NCBI GenBank assembly: GCA_031551645.1
Contig: JAVBNI010000084.1
Coordinates: forward strand, 917 to 64,916
DNA length: 64,000 nt
DNA from: Bacteroidales bacterium
Lineage (GTDB): Bacteria; Bacteroidota; Bacteroidia; Bacteroidales; UBA4181
Reading direction: 5' to 3'
The notes beneath the pieces were generated by a model. It was given only the letters and a program-made list of their open reading frames with translations. It ran no database searches and was not told where the DNA came from. How positions within the stretch are numbered: position 1 is the first letter of the stretch; the number at the start of each line of letters is the position of its first letter. Shown piece after piece: positions 1 to 10,221 of the stretch. The position numbers and the translations under genes were made by a program.

Positions 1-506
1 TTATCGATATTTGTAAAGCAAAAAATCCCTTACATTTTCTTTTGCAAGGACTCTCCATACGCTTTTCTGCCTTATCCCGCAGTCCTGTTTGTTGACATCT
101 TGTGTGTAGACAGGAGCGGTTTCAAAAATGACACTTTTTCGTCAACCTTATTTAAAAATGCAGTAAACAATCACTGTTATTATTCTTTTATATTCAACTA
201 TTTAAGTTTTAACAAAACGGCTCATGACATGCATTTTTTGACGAATATTCAGATTATAAAAATACACTTAGGGCTATATATTTTTTGTAAAAATAGTAGC
301 TATGAACATAAATATTTTATAAAGATAGTATTTATGGCATAGTGCAAATGAAATATAAAAAATTAAAAATAAAGATTATTTCAAAAACAGGAAACAAATC
401 AATTTGTTAATAATGAAAAGATTGCCTGCGTTGAGATTACAAGTTTGGTTCAAGTATCTATAAAGTTGTATCTGAGAAAATCCTATTGGTTGTAATATGA
501 TATGTA

Positions 507-1685
507 TCACGAACGTTTTATGTACTTTTTCAGCCCCGAAGTCGCCAGGACGGTTACCAATCCCGTCAGGGAAACTATTCCCAGTGACCATCTTAGGTTG
601 GATGCCTGTGCGATGTATCCGATGAGCGGAGGGCCAAGCAGGAAACCCAGGAACCCGATAGTCGATACGGTAGCCAAGGCCACGCCTGGAAGCATTGTTT
701 TCGACTTGCCGGCCATGCTGTAACAGAGTGGTACGAGGGATGAGGTGCCGAAACCAACTAATAGAAAGCCAATGGTAGCTGTGACCAGATAAGGAAACAA
801 AACAGCAGTCATCAGTCCTGTGATGATTAAAATACCACTGATGCGGACAATAGGTATTACGCCAAATCGCGTGACCAGCTTGTCTGCAGTAAAACGTCCG
901 CAGGTCATGGTAACCATAAAAGCTATATAACCCATTCGAACCCAATCTTTATCTGGACGTATGATTTTCTCGAAATATATGCCGCTCCAATCGAACATCG
1001 TCCCTTCACAGATCATGCTGCTAAAGGCTATGATACCTAATATCAAAATATATCCATCAGGTTTTGTAAAGATTTTCTTGGGAACATCAGCATTTGTTTT
1101 TTTGTTTGATTGGGTTGAGCTGATGTCGCGTGGTAACATGCCAGTTCGTACCGAAAATAGGACGATCCATACCAATACGGCAATAATGCAAAAGTGATAG
1201 AGCGGTGGAATATTGAACAATACCATCCGAGTGCTGATAAGTCCACCACACACACCAGCCAAGCTCCATAATCCGTGAAACGATGCCATGATACTGTGCC
1301 TGTATAGCCGTTCAACGCCTACACCCTGCGTATTGATGGCAATATTGCACATATTTGCCGTAATGCCGAAAAATATAAGGCTAAATACCAATTGCCATAC
1401 TGTTGTCGACGCTCCCAGACAGATCAATGCCAACGGATAAAGCGTGGCTGCTCCCAATATGGTCTTTTTGCTTCCCAAACGGCTTACCAGATAGCCGGAC
1501 AAAGCCATGGTCATCAGCTGACCGAGCGGAAGGGAAAACAAGATACTGCCCAGTTGAGCCTCGTTAAGTCCCAATGCATCCTTAATGTCAGGAATGCGGC
1601 TGGCCCAGCTCGAAAAAACCAAACCTTGGTTAAAATAAAGTAAGCTGACAGAAAGGCGAAAATATTGAATGGGTGTGAATTTCAT
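507..1685 (-). CDS. MFS-type membrane transporter
   Basis: ORF track 507..1748 (413 aa) is a hydrophobic multi-helix protein with MFS-like short basic loops (e.g. GYLVSRLGSKKT). I prefer the internal Met at 1685 (MKFTPIQYF...) because codons 1686-1748 overlap the hairpin plus T-run that ends the ribosomal operon. Confidence 0.7.
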   Translation of the reverse strand: MKFTPIQYFRLSVSLLYFNQGLVFSSWASRIPDIKDALGLNEAQLGSILFSLPLGQLMTMALSGYLVSRLGSKKTILGAATLYPLALICLGASTTVWQLVFSLIFFGITANMCNIAINTQGVGVERLYRHSIMASFHGLWSLAGVCGGLISTRMVLFNIPPLYHFCIIAVLVWIVLFSVRTGMLPRDISSTQSNKKTNADVPKKIFTKPDGYILILGIIAFSSMICEGTMFDWSGIYFEKIIRPDKDWVRMGYIAFMVTMTCGRFTADKLVTRFGVIPIVRISGILIITGLMTAVLFPYLVTATIGFLLVGFGTSSLVPLCYSMAGKSKTMLPGVALATVSTIGFLGFLLGPPLIGYIAQASNLRWSLGIVSLTGLVTVLATSGLKKYIKRS

Positions 1686-1712
1686 ATAAATTAAGAGGCG
1701 TAGTAATCCAAC

Positions 1713-1738
1713 AAAAAAAGCGGTCTTTAGTGACCGCC
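1713..1738 (-). terminator. Rho-independent terminator downstream of rplQ
   Basis: On the minus strand the stem GCGGTC (1737-1732) / GACCGC (1725-1720) has a 6-nt loop and is followed by T7 (the A-run 1713-1719 on plus). It lies about 30 nt after the rplQ stop. Confidence 0.55.
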
Positions 1739-1768
1739 TTTTCATCAATTCTTACTTTAACCATAAAA

Positions 1769-2347
1769 CTATTCTTCATTCTTTTCTGCTTCTGCCTCTG
1801 CTTCGGGAGCTTTTTTTACTTCCTCAACTTTGGGAGCTTCTTCGGTTTTCACCTTTTCCGTTTTGGTTGCTTCAGGTTTTACAGCTTCAACAGTTGTTGC
1901 TACAACTTCACCAGCCTTCTTACCTCCACTACGACGGCTACGGCGGGTTGCTGGTTTACCTTTTGCTTCTTTAGTGGTCAACATGTTCTGGTTGTAATCC
2001 ACCAGTTCGATGATACACATTTCGGCAGCATCGCCTTTACGGAATCCAGTTTTCAGGATGCGGGTATACCCACCGGGACGATCCATGATTTTCGGTGAAA
2101 CGTCACGGAATAACTCCGATACGGCATTTTTATCCTGCAAATAGTCAAATACTACACGGCGCGAATGAGTGGTGTCCTGTTTCGAACGGGTAATCAGAGG
2201 TTCTACGTAAACCCTGAGTGCCTTGGCTTTCGCGATGGTAGTAGTGATGCGTTTATGCATGATCAGTGATGAAGCCATGTTTGACAACATCGCCTTACGG
2301 TGTGTATTGGTACGACCAAGATGATTGATCTTTTTTGCGTGTCTCAT
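1769..2347 (-). CDS. rplQ: 50S ribosomal protein L17, with a ~70 aa K/E/A-rich C-terminal tail
   Basis: N-terminus [29 protein letters not shown] is the canonical L17 start. It sits directly after rpoA, as in all bacteria. Confidence 0.95.
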   Translation of the reverse strand: MRHAKKINHLGRTNTHRKAMLSNMASSLIMHKRITTTIAKAKALRVYVEPLITRSKQDTTHSRRVVFDYLQDKNAVSELFRDVSPKIMDRPGGYTRILKTGFRKGDAAEMCIIELVDYNQNMLTTKEAKGKPATRRSRRSGGKKAGEVVATTVEAVKPEATKTEKVKTEEAPKVEEVKKAPEAEAEAEKNEE

Positions 2348-2355
2348 TTTGCTAA

Positions 2356-3348
2356 TTAATCCTTATCTAATTTATATTTTGATATGTCCATCCCAAAGTT
2401 CAAATTCATGCTTTCCAACAATTCGTCCAGTTCGGTAAGCGATTTCTTCCCGAAATTGCGGAACTTCAACAAATCGTTTTTGCTGTATTTGACCAGATCG
2501 CCCAATGTTTCCACTTCGGCTGCTTTCAAGCAATTCAGAGCACGTACGGAAAGATCCATATCAATCAAGCGCGTTTTAAGCAATTGACGGATGTGGAGTA
2601 TTTCTTCATCAAACTCGTCGGTTACTTGTTTTTCTTCGATTTCAATGGTGATCTTTTCATCGGAAAAGAGCATGAAATGATGGATAAGTATCCGGGCAGC
2701 TTCTTTAAGCGCTTCCTTAGGATGGATGGAACCGTCTGTATCCAATTCAATGATCAGTTTTTCGTAGTCCGTTTTTTGTTCTACACGGAAGTTTTCTATC
2801 GAATACTGAACATTCTTGATGGGTGTATAAATCGAGTCGATAGCGATCAATCCGATTTCGGCATTTTCCGGACGATTTTCTTCAGCCGGAACGTAACCTC
2901 TGCCTTTTTCAATGTCAATTTTTATTTGAAGTTTGACATTGTTTTCCATATTACAAATTATCAAATCGGGATTCAAAACCTTGAATCCGTTAAGAAATTT
3001 GTTCAAATCACCGGCTTTGAATACGTTTTGACCATTGACAACAACATTGATCGTTTCACTGTCTGTACCTTCAACAACTTGTTTCAGACGAATTTGTTTC
3101 AGGTTCAGGACTATTTCGGTCACATCTTCCACTACTCCGGGAATGGCGGAAAATTCATGTTGTACACCGTCTATTTTTATTGCGGTAATAGCATATCCTT
3201 CCAGGGAGGACAATAAAATCCTCCGCAGGGCGTTGCCTACCGTAATACCGTAACCCGGCTCAAGCGGGCGAAACTCGAATTTGCCGTGTTTGTCGTCGGC
3301 CTCGAGCATGACCACCTTATCGGGTCGTTGAAAAGCTAAAATCGCCAT
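2356..3348 (-). CDS. rpoA: DNA-directed RNA polymerase alpha subunit
   Basis: 330 aa. It carries the [11 protein letters not shown] motif and a C-terminal alpha-CTD ([10 protein letters not shown]), and lies in the rpsD-rpoA-rplQ context. Confidence 0.97.
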   Translation of the reverse strand: MAILAFQRPDKVVMLEADDKHGKFEFRPLEPGYGITVGNALRRILLSSLEGYAITAIKIDGVQHEFSAIPGVVEDVTEIVLNLKQIRLKQVVEGTDSETINVVVNGQNVFKAGDLNKFLNGFKVLNPDLIICNMENNVKLQIKIDIEKGRGYVPAEENRPENAEIGLIAIDSIYTPIKNVQYSIENFRVEQKTDYEKLIIELDTDGSIHPKEALKEAARILIHHFMLFSDEKITIEIEEKQVTDEFDEEILHIRQLLKTRLIDMDLSVRALNCLKAAEVETLGDLVKYSKNDLLKFRNFGKKSLTELDELLESMNLNFGMDISKYKLDKD

Positions 3349-3356
3349 GTTATCTG

Positions 3357-3959
3357 TTATTTTGAATACAATTCTACAATCAGTTGTTCCTTGATGTTCT
3401 CAGGAATATCATTCCTTTCAGGAACATTGAGGAATTTGCCTGTCATGCTGGAAGCATCCCATTCCAACCAAGAATAACGTGATTGGCGTGAAACAGCATT
3501 TGTAATTACTTCCAATGATTTGGAACGTTCACGCACTCCGACTGTTTGTCCGCTTTTTACATGAAATGAAGGAACGTTCACTACTTCGCCGTTAACCACT
3601 ATATGGCAATGGGTAACCAATTGCCGGGCTGCAGCACGCGAAGGTGCAATACCCAAGCGATATACCACGTTGTCAAGACGAGCTTCGAGCAATTGTAATA
3701 ATACTTCGCCCGTTACGCCATGACTGCGGTGTGCTTTTTCGAACAAATTTGAAAATTGACGTTCGAGAACACCATAGGTATATTTTGCTTTTTGTTTTTC
3801 TTTCAACTGTACGCCATATTCCGAAGTTTTTTTACGGCCTTTGGCGCTACCGTGTTGTCCCGGAGGGTAGGGTTTACGTTCATATGATTTATCGGAACCA
3901 AAAATAGGTTCTCCGAATTTTCTTGCAATTTTTGTTTTTGGACCAGTATATCTTGCCAT
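3357..3959 (-). CDS. rpsD: 30S ribosomal protein S4
   Basis: [20 protein letters not shown]... followed by an S4 RNA-binding domain ([10 protein letters not shown]). Confidence 0.97.
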   Translation of the reverse strand: MARYTGPKTKIARKFGEPIFGSDKSYERKPYPPGQHGSAKGRKKTSEYGVQLKEKQKAKYTYGVLERQFSNLFEKAHRSHGVTGEVLLQLLEARLDNVVYRLGIAPSRAAARQLVTHCHIVVNGEVVNVPSFHVKSGQTVGVRERSKSLEVITNAVSRQSRYSWLEWDASSMTGKFLNVPERNDIPENIKEQLIVELYSK

Positions 3960-4026
3960 TGTTTATTTTATTTGAAACTGATTCTGATTACGTTTTAGAC
4001 TATAACAATCAATCAACGCATACTGT

Positions 4027-4416
4027 TTATACTCTTCTGCGTTTGGCAGGGCGGCAACCATTATGTGGTAACGGTGTTACGTCCATGATTTCGGTTACTT
4101 CAATACCAGCACTATGGATGGTACGGATAGCCGATTCACGTCCTGCTCCCGGGCCTTTAACAAAAACTTTTACTTTGCGTAAACCTAAATCGTAAGCTAC
4201 TTTAGCACAATCAGTGGCAGCGGTTTGAGCTGCATAAGGTGTATTTTTTTTCGAACCTTTAAACCCCATTTTACCTGCTGATGACCACGAAATTACTTGT
4301 CCTGTGTTGTTGGCCAGTGTAACAATGATATTATTGAACGAAGCGTTGATATGTGCTTGTCCTACGGGTTCTACTTTAACAACTTTTTTCTTGGTTGTTC
4401 CTGACTTTTTTGCCAT
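4027..4416 (-). CDS. rpsK: 30S ribosomal protein S11
   Basis: 129 aa with the motifs [13 protein letters not shown]-like and ...[16 protein letters not shown] at the C-terminus. Confidence 0.97.
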   Translation of the reverse strand: MAKKSGTTKKKVVKVEPVGQAHINASFNNIIVTLANNTGQVISWSSAGKMGFKGSKKNTPYAAQTAATDCAKVAYDLGLRKVKVFVKGPGAGRESAIRTIHSAGIEVTEIMDVTPLPHNGCRPAKRRRV

Positions 4417-4439
4417 AATCCTTTTATCTAACTAACTAA

Positions 4440-4817
4440 TTATTTGGTAGCTTTCTTTTTATTTGCAACGGTTTTCTTCTTACCTTTACGGGTACGAGCA
4501 TTGTTCTTGGTACTTTGTCCGCGAACAGGTAATCCGATACGATGACGAACACCACGATAACATCCGATATCCATCAAACGCTTGATATTTAACTGTACCA
4601 TTGAGCGAAGTTCTCCTTCGACCTTGAATTCCTGATTGAGGATCGAACGGATTTTACCTAAATCATCATCATCCCAATCCTGTACTTTCTTATCGAAATC
4701 GATACCAGCAGCACTTAAAATTTTCCGTGCAGAGCTTCGTCCGATACCATAAATATAGGTCAAACCTACTTCTCCGCGTTTATTTTTTGGTAAATCAACA
4801 CCAACAATTCTTGCCAT
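4440..4817 (-). CDS. rpsM: 30S ribosomal protein S13
   Basis: [14 protein letters not shown]..., typical S13 of 125 aa. Confidence 0.97.
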   Translation of the reverse strand: MARIVGVDLPKNKRGEVGLTYIYGIGRSSARKILSAAGIDFDKKVQDWDDDDLGKIRSILNQEFKVEGELRSMVQLNIKRLMDIGCYRGVRHRIGLPVRGQSTKNNARTRKGKKKTVANKKKATK

Positions 4818-4843
4818 ATTACAACAAAATGTTTTTGATTAAA

Positions 4844-4960
4844 TTATCCTTGACGTTGTTTGAACTTCGGATTCTTTTTGTTTATCACATACAGACGACC
4901 TTTGCGTCTTACGATTTTGCAATCTTCGCTTCTCTTTTTTATAGATGCTCTAACCTTCAT
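4844..4960 (-). CDS. rpmJ: 50S ribosomal protein L36
   Basis: Not in the ORF track because it is too short. My manual minus-strand translation gives [38 protein letters not shown] (38 aa), in the expected infA-rpmJ-rpsM position. Confidence 0.9.
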   Translation of the reverse strand: MKVRASIKKRSEDCKIVRRKGRLYVINKKNPKFKQRQG

Positions 4961-4961
4961 G

Positions 4962-5024
4962 TCTATTGTTTATTGTCTATTATTTATCGTTTAATCAATA
5001 ATCGATTATCTCAATTATCAATTA
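4962..5024. repeat. 7-nt periodic AT-rich tandem repeat filling the infA-rpmJ spacer (~9 units)
   Basis: Plus-strand units are tctattg tttattg tctatta tttatcg tttaatc aataatc gattatc tcaatta tcaatta. Read on the minus (sense) strand they run taattga taattga gataatc ... directly after the infA stop. Confidence 0.7.
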
Positions 5025-5243
5025 TTATTTATACCTGAATTTGATCCGACCCTTGGTGAGGTCATAAGGTGACATTTCGAGCTTCACCCTGTCGCCAGGA
5101 AGGATTTTGATGTAATTCATCCTCATCTTTCCCGAGATATGGGCTGTCACGATATGTCCATTTTCCAGTTCAACACGAAACATTGCATTTGACAATGCTT
5201 CAAGTATTGTACCGTCCTGTTCTATGGAAAGTTGTTTGGCCAT
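5025..5243 (-). CDS. infA: Translation initiation factor IF-1
   Basis: 72 aa with an S1-like fold sequence ([39 protein letters not shown]). Confidence 0.97.
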   Translation of the reverse strand: MAKQLSIEQDGTILEALSNAMFRVELENGHIVTAHISGKMRMNYIKILPGDRVKLEMSPYDLTKGRIKFRYK

Positions 5244-5256
5244 ATCGACTTCTTGA

Positions 5257-6027
5257 CTAATTTAAATTTAATTCTTCAATAAATGAAAATGTTGACAACA
5301 CATCAGCTTGATGTTCTCCAACAACCACTGTTAATTCGAAATGTGCCGACGGTTCGTTATCTCTTGTGCGGATAGACCATCCGTCACGTTCTTCGACAAC
5401 TTGCCGGCTACCTTTGTTGATCATCGGCTCGATACACAGAACCATGTTTTCTTTCAGCCGCACACCAACACCCCTGCGTCCGTAATTCGGCACTTCGGGT
5501 CGTTCGTGCATTTTGGTTCCGATACCATGTCCGACTAATTCACGTACCACCGAATATCCATTGCTTTCGGCGTGATTTTGAATCACGTATGCCAAATCGC
5601 CCATCCGGTTTTTTGAGACAGCTGCTTCAATGCCTTTGAATAAACATTCTTTAGTCACTTGAAGCAACTTGCGAGTGGACTCGCTTACTTCGCCTACCTG
5701 GAAGGTATATGCGCTGTCGCCATAGTACCCACCCCACAGGATGCCACAGTCGATAGAAATAATATCACCCTCTTTCAACACTACTGTTTTGGATGGGATA
5801 CCATGAACTACCTGGCTGTTAACAGAAGTACACAAGGTGTTTGGATAACCATTATAACCTTTAAATCCTGGTTTAGCGCCGTGATCAAGAATAAATTCTT
5901 CTGCACGTGCATCCAATTCAAAAGTGGTAATACCCGGACGAACCATGCTTCCTACTTCAGCTAAGGTTTTTGATACCAGGATTGCACTCTTCCTGAGTAA
6001 TTCTATTTCCTGTTTTGTTTTTACCAT
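5257..6027 (-). CDS. map: Methionine aminopeptidase type I
   Basis: Metal-ligand motifs are present ([25 protein letters not shown]). The ORF track starts at 6066, but that start overlaps secY. The Met at 6027 ([14 protein letters not shown]) removes the overlap. Confidence 0.93.
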   Translation of the reverse strand: MVKTKQEIELLRKSAILVSKTLAEVGSMVRPGITTFELDARAEEFILDHGAKPGFKGYNGYPNTLCTSVNSQVVHGIPSKTVVLKEGDIISIDCGILWGGYYGDSAYTFQVGEVSESTRKLLQVTKECLFKGIEAAVSKNRMGDLAYVIQNHAESNGYSVVRELVGHGIGTKMHERPEVPNYGRRGVGVRLKENMVLCIEPMINKGSRQVVEERDGWSIRTRDNEPSAHFELTVVVGEHQADVLSTFSFIEELNLN

Positions 6028-6034
6028 CAAAGAA

Positions 6035-7366
6035 CTAACTTCCTGAACGCCCTTTAATGCGGCCACTCTTCATTAATCCATCATAATGCCGCATCAGCAA
6101 ATGACTTTCAATTTGCTGCAAAGTATCCAGAACAACACCCACCATGATCAACAGGGTAGTGCCTCCAAAGAACTGAGCAAAATGATAGCTGATCCCCAAT
6201 AATTTTGCAAACGCAGGCAATATAGCTACGAAAGCAAGGAAAAGGGAACCTGGCAATGTAATTTTCGACATGATGGAGTCTAAATATTCAACTGTTTTCT
6301 TACCGGGTTTCACACCTGGAATAAATCCCCCGTTACGCTTCATATCTTCAGCCATTTGCGTCGGGTTGACCGTTATTGCGGTATAGAAATAAGTGAATAA
6401 AACAATTAAAAATGCGAATGTAAAATTATACCAGAATCCTGTTACATTGGTGAATGCGGTTAAAAATCCGCTCATTTTATCACCACTTGCGGTGAACCCG
6501 GCAACTGTAACGGGAATAAACATCAATGCCTGTGCAAAGATAATTGGCATTACACCGGCTGCATTGACTTTTAAAGGTATATACTGGCGAACGCCACCGT
6601 ATTGTTTGTTTCCGACGATACGTTTGGCATATTGTACGGGAATTTTCCTCGTACCTTGCACCAAGAGAATAGAGGTAGCAATAACTGCCAACCAGATGAC
6701 AATTTCCACCAGGAAAGCAACCAATCCTCCACCTTGATTTTCAAGACGCATGGCCAGTTCTTCAAACAACGACCGAGGGAGACGAGCAATGATACCAACC
6801 ATGATGATCAGTGAAATACCATTGCCGATACCTTTGTCGGTGATTCTTTCCCCCAGCCACATGATAAACATCGTTCCGCTGATGAGGATGATGGTAGAAA
6901 ATACAGTAAACCATGTACCGCGCAGTAAAAATGCCGTCATGGGTAATTGTGCGTGCAGGTTGGCCAAATAAGTGGGGGCCTGGAAAATCAAAATCACCAC
7001 AGTAAGATAACGTGTGATTTGATTGATTTTACGACGTCCGCTTTCTCCTTCTCTCTGCATCTTCTGGAAAAACGGTATTGCCATACCCAACAACTGCACT
7101 ACGATAGATGCTGAGATGTAGGGCATAATTCCCAAAGCAACAACCGATGCATTCGAAAATGCACCTCCCGAAAACATGTCCAGCAACCCCATTACACCAC
7201 CTGCTGTTTGCGTTTTTAACGCTGTAAGCTGGTGCGGGTCTATCCCCGGAAGGGTCACAAACGAACAAAGCCTGTATATCAATAGTATTCCTAAGGTATA
7301 CAGAATCCTTGAACGTAAGTCTTCAATTTTCCAAATGTTTTTAATAGTTTGAATAAAAGCCTTCAT
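6035..7366 (-). CDS. secY: Preprotein translocase subunit SecY
   Basis: 443 aa, 10-TM profile, in the conserved rplO-secY-map context. Confidence 0.97.
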   Translation of the reverse strand: MKAFIQTIKNIWKIEDLRSRILYTLGILLIYRLCSFVTLPGIDPHQLTALKTQTAGGVMGLLDMFSGGAFSNASVVALGIMPYISASIVVQLLGMAIPFFQKMQREGESGRRKINQITRYLTVVILIFQAPTYLANLHAQLPMTAFLLRGTWFTVFSTIILISGTMFIMWLGERITDKGIGNGISLIIMVGIIARLPRSLFEELAMRLENQGGGLVAFLVEIVIWLAVIATSILLVQGTRKIPVQYAKRIVGNKQYGGVRQYIPLKVNAAGVMPIIFAQALMFIPVTVAGFTASGDKMSGFLTAFTNVTGFWYNFTFAFLIVLFTYFYTAITVNPTQMAEDMKRNGGFIPGVKPGKKTVEYLDSIMSKITLPGSLFLAFVAILPAFAKLLGISYHFAQFFGGTTLLIMVGVVLDTLQQIESHLLMRHYDGLMKSGRIKGRSGS

Positions 7367-7369
7367 TCT

Positions 7370-7822
7370 TTATTGTATTACGGCTGCCGTTCCTTCTACT
7401 GCTTCAATAGCGGCTTTTGCCGAATTAGAAAATGCGTGTGCTTTAACTTCCAGTTTTTTAGTCAATGTACCATTACCCAAGATTTTGACCAAACTGTTTT
7501 TGGGCGCTAACCCTGCGTTGATCAAAGTTGCTACATCAATGGATACAATACCTGTCTTTTCGGCAAAAGCTTCCAACACATCAAGATTGACTGCTTTGTA
7601 TTCTTTGCGGAATTTATTTTTGAAACCGAATTTGGGAACGCGGCGTTGCAGAGGCATTTGACCACCTTCGAACCCGATCTTTTTCGAGTATCCGGAGATT
7701 GCTTTCTGTCCTTTATGCCCTTTTGTGGAAGTACCGCCTTTACCGCTTCCCTGACCACGGCCAAGCCGTTTTCCCTGAGTTTTCACCGACCCGGTGGCCG
7801 GTTTCAGACTACTTAAATTCAT
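7370..7822 (-). CDS. rplO: 50S ribosomal protein L15
   Basis: Gly/Lys-rich N-terminus (GRGQGSGKGGTSTKGHKGQK), 150 aa. Confidence 0.96.
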   Translation of the reverse strand: MNLSSLKPATGSVKTQGKRLGRGQGSGKGGTSTKGHKGQKAISGYSKKIGFEGGQMPLQRRVPKFGFKNKFRKEYKAVNLDVLEAFAEKTGIVSIDVATLINAGLAPKNSLVKILGNGTLTKKLEVKAHAFSNSAKAAIEAVEGTAAVIQ

Positions 7823-7857
7823 TTGATTCTTATCTTATTTAATATAAGTTTACTCTT

Positions 7858-8034
7858 CTATTTCTCAATACTTACCAAATGGTTCACCTTAGCTACCATA
7901 CCCATAATTTGGGGAGTTTCCTCATGTTCTACGGTTGAATTCACTTTACCCAATCCCAGAGCCTTAATAGTGGCTACTTGGCGTTTGTTGGATCCAATGA
8001 TGCTACTCTTCAATGTAATACGAATTTTTGCCAT
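7858..8034 (-). CDS. rpmD: 50S ribosomal protein L30
   Basis: Not in the ORF track. My manual minus-strand translation gives MAKIRITLKSSIIGSNKRQVATIKALGLGKVNSTVEHEETPQIMGMVAKVNHLVSIEK* (58 aa), between rpsE and rplO. Confidence 0.9.
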   Translation of the reverse strand: MAKIRITLKSSIIGSNKRQVATIKALGLGKVNSTVEHEETPQIMGMVAKVNHLVSIEK

Positions 8035-8048
8035 TGTCTTCGAATAAA

Positions 8049-8564
8049 TTAACCGTTAAAAACACTGTCAACACTAATACCACGTTGCTTGGCAATGGTA
8101 CGGGCATCACGGAGTTCCATCAACGCCTCGAAAGTGGCTTTCACCAGATTGTGAGGGTTGGACGAACCTTTCGATTTTGCCAATACGTCGCGTACGCCAA
8201 CGCTTTCGAGTACAGCACGCATAGCGCCCCCTGCCTTAACACCCGTACCGGGCGATGCAGGCTTCATGAACACAGTAGCTCCACCATAGCGGGCTATTTG
8301 TTCGTGAGGTAATGTTCCGTTAAGGATAGGAACTTTAATGAGGTTTTTCTTGGCGTCTTCAATACCTTTGGAAATCGCTGAAGTCACTTCATTGGATTTT
8401 CCCAAGCCGTAACCTACGATACCATTTTCGTCGCCTACGACAACAATGGCTGAGAAACTGAATGTACGACCACCCTTGGTTACCTTGGTTACACGCTGGA
8501 TGCTGACCAACCTGTCCTTCAATTCTAAATCGGCCGTTTTTACTTTACGAATACTTGTTGACAT
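8049..8564 (-). CDS. rpsE: 30S ribosomal protein S5
   Basis: 171 aa with S5 dsRBD motifs ([21 protein letters not shown]). Confidence 0.97.
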   Translation of the reverse strand: MSTSIRKVKTADLELKDRLVSIQRVTKVTKGGRTFSFSAIVVVGDENGIVGYGLGKSNEVTSAISKGIEDAKKNLIKVPILNGTLPHEQIARYGGATVFMKPASPGTGVKAGGAMRAVLESVGVRDVLAKSKGSSNPHNLVKATFEALMELRDARTIAKQRGISVDSVFNG

Positions 8565-8567
8565 ATA

Positions 8568-8924
8568 TTAAAATTTAAGTCCGCCTTCCCGTGCTGCGTC
8601 GGCCAACGTTTTAACTCTTCCATGATACAGATAGCCGTTACGATCGAAGACCACGTCGTTGATTCCTTTTGCCAAGGAACGTTCAGCGACTAATTTACCC
8701 ACCTGTTTGGCTTGTTCTGTTTTATTTACTTTCTTTCCGGCAACCTCTTTACAACGTGACGAAGCGCTCAAAAGTGTAACGCCTGTAAGGTCATCGATTA
8801 GTTGCACATATATCTGGTTGTTACTACGAAAGACCGACATACGGGGCTTTTCGGCTGTCCCGGAAATCACTTTGCGGATTCTTTTTTTGATGCGGTCGCG
8901 CCTTTCTATCTTTGTTAATGCCAT
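8568..8924 (-). CDS. rplR: 50S ribosomal protein L18
   Basis: 118 aa with [20 protein letters not shown] and a C-terminal [19 protein letters not shown]-type motif. Confidence 0.97.
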   Translation of the reverse strand: MALTKIERRDRIKKRIRKVISGTAEKPRMSVFRSNNQIYVQLIDDLTGVTLLSASSRCKEVAGKKVNKTEQAKQVGKLVAERSLAKGINDVVFDRNGYLYHGRVKTLADAAREGGLKF

Positions 8925-8958
8925 TTTATTTTCTGTTTAATATTGGGATTTAACAATA

Positions 8959-9516
8959 TTATTTTGCACTTGCCGATTTACCAGCTTTTCTTCTCAACGT
9001 TTCACCAACGAACTTGATACCTTTACCCTTGTATGGTTCAGGTGCACGCAACGAGCGGATTTTGGCAGCCACCTGTCCCAGCAATTGTTTGTCAATGCTT
9101 TCGAGGGTAATGATCGGGTTGGCGCGTTTTTCAGTTACCGTGGTCACCTTAACTTCGGCAGGCAACGCAAGTACAATATCGTGCGAATAACCAAGGCTCA
9201 TTTCAAGAAGTTGCCCTTTAGCTTCGGCACGGTATCCTACACCTACCAGTTCCTGTTTAATAGTGAAACCGGTCGACACGCCAGTAACCATATTATTGAG
9301 CAAAGAACGGTATAATCCGTGTAACGAACGATGGCGTTTCTGGTCAGTGGGACGTGTAACAACCAAATTATTGTCTTCCACTTTTACGGTAATGTCTACA
9401 TCTACTTTCTGGCTTAATTGGCCGAGCGGACCTTTTACAACCACTGTATTGTCGGGTTGAACCGTAATTGTTACTTTAGCGGGTATTGCGATGGGTAATT
9501 TTCCTATCCTTGACAT
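8959..9516 (-). CDS. rplF: 50S ribosomal protein L6
   Basis: MSRIGKLPIAIPAKV..., 185 aa. Confidence 0.97.
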   Translation of the reverse strand: MSRIGKLPIAIPAKVTITVQPDNTVVVKGPLGQLSQKVDVDITVKVEDNNLVVTRPTDQKRHRSLHGLYRSLLNNMVTGVSTGFTIKQELVGVGYRAEAKGQLLEMSLGYSHDIVLALPAEVKVTTVTEKRANPIITLESIDKQLLGQVAAKIRSLRAPEPYKGKGIKFVGETLRRKAGKSASAK

Positions 9517-9529
9517 ACTATCCTCCTCA

Positions 9530-9934
9530 TTAATAAACGTAACATATTACTTCTCCACCAATACTTTTTGCACGGGCTTCTTTGTCTGTCATCACACCCT
9601 GGGATGTAGAAATAACAGCAATACCCAATCCGTTCAGGACGCGGGGAAGCTTGTCGTGACTCACATACTGGCGCAATCCGGGACGGCTTACGCGCTGAAT
9701 AGACTTGATGGCGGGTTGTTTTGTCTCAGGATTGTATTTCAAGGCAATTTTGATATTTCCTTGTGGTTTGCCTTCTCCTGACTCTTCGAACTTGTAATTG
9801 AGAATGTAACCCTTTTCAAAAAGTATCTTTACAATATTTTTCTTGATATTCGATGCAGGACAGTCGACCACTCTGTGGCGAGCCATGATCCCGTTACGAA
9901 TACGGGTTAACAAATCTGCTATTGGATCAGTCAT
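9530..9934 (-). CDS. rpsH: 30S ribosomal protein S8
   Basis: [15 protein letters not shown]... C-terminal GGEVICYVY. It is the first gene of the cluster in this window. Confidence 0.97.
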   Translation of the reverse strand: MTDPIADLLTRIRNGIMARHRVVDCPASNIKKNIVKILFEKGYILNYKFEESGEGKPQGNIKIALKYNPETKQPAIKSIQRVSRPGLRQYVSHDKLPRVLNGLGIAVISTSQGVMTDKEARAKSIGGEVICYVY

Positions 9935-9997
9935 TTTTACTGGTTTTTGATTTGTTTTAAATTAAAATTTAAAAATCGATATCCGATAGATAATCAT

Positions 9998-10026
9998 GTG
10001 TTTCAAGTACATACTACTTGAAGCAC
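9998..10026 (-). promoter_or_regulatory. Hairpin in the putative rpsH leader
   Basis: A 12-bp stem (9998-10009 / 10015-10026) with a 5-nt loop and one mismatch or wobble. It lies between the candidate -7 box and the rpsH start. Function unknown. Confidence 0.3.
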
Positions 10027-10067
10027 TATTTACCTATTATTTCAAACTACTTTAAAAATTTGGTGTG

Positions 10068-10075
10068 CAAAGTTA
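10068..10075 (-). promoter_or_regulatory. Candidate Bacteroidetes -7 promoter box (TAACTTTG) for the rpsH operon
   Basis: Plus-strand caaagtta equals minus-strand TAacTTTG, which matches the TAnnTTTG consensus ~135 nt upstream of rpsH. No exact -33 TTTG was found at the proper spacing. Confidence 0.3.
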
Positions 10076-10221
10076 CATCTTTTTTTAATAAAAACACGAT
10101 GTTGATAAATATATTCAAAAAAATGTAATGAAGAAGTTATACATGGTGGATAGATTTTCCATAATCCGCATCCGGAGGGTATCGGTATCAAATTTTAATT
10201 GCGTATTTTTGTAAAAATTAT

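Noticed and set aside
100-342. 80-aa plus-strand ORF in the AT-rich region at the window start.
   Set aside because: Its low-complexity F/I/N/K/Y-rich translation is typical of random ORFs in AT-rich spacers. It has no motif and no convincing start context.
376-945. 189-aa minus-strand ORF overlapping the 3' part of the MFS transporter gene in another frame.
   Set aside because: It is almost fully nested in a much longer ORF with a coherent membrane-protein sequence. Its own translation is compositionally odd (W/H/R/C-rich) with no recognisable motif, so it is a shadow ORF.
1686-1748. 21-codon N-terminal extension of the MFS ORF (MMKRRSLKTAFFVGLLRLLIY).
   Set aside because: It overlaps the hairpin plus T-run that terminates the rplQ transcript. 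The internal Met gives a normal MFS N-terminus.
1769-1990. ~70-aa K/E/A/T-rich C-terminal tail on ribosomal protein L17.
   Set aside because: Low-complexity charged extensions on ribosomal proteins are common in Bacteroidota. Nothing in the sequence suggests a separate function.
2584-3216. 210-aa plus-strand ORF antisense to rpoA, and similar antisense ORFs across the ribosomal genes.
   Set aside because: It is antisense to unambiguous conserved genes, and its translation is F/I/N-rich nonsense. These are typical shadow ORFs.
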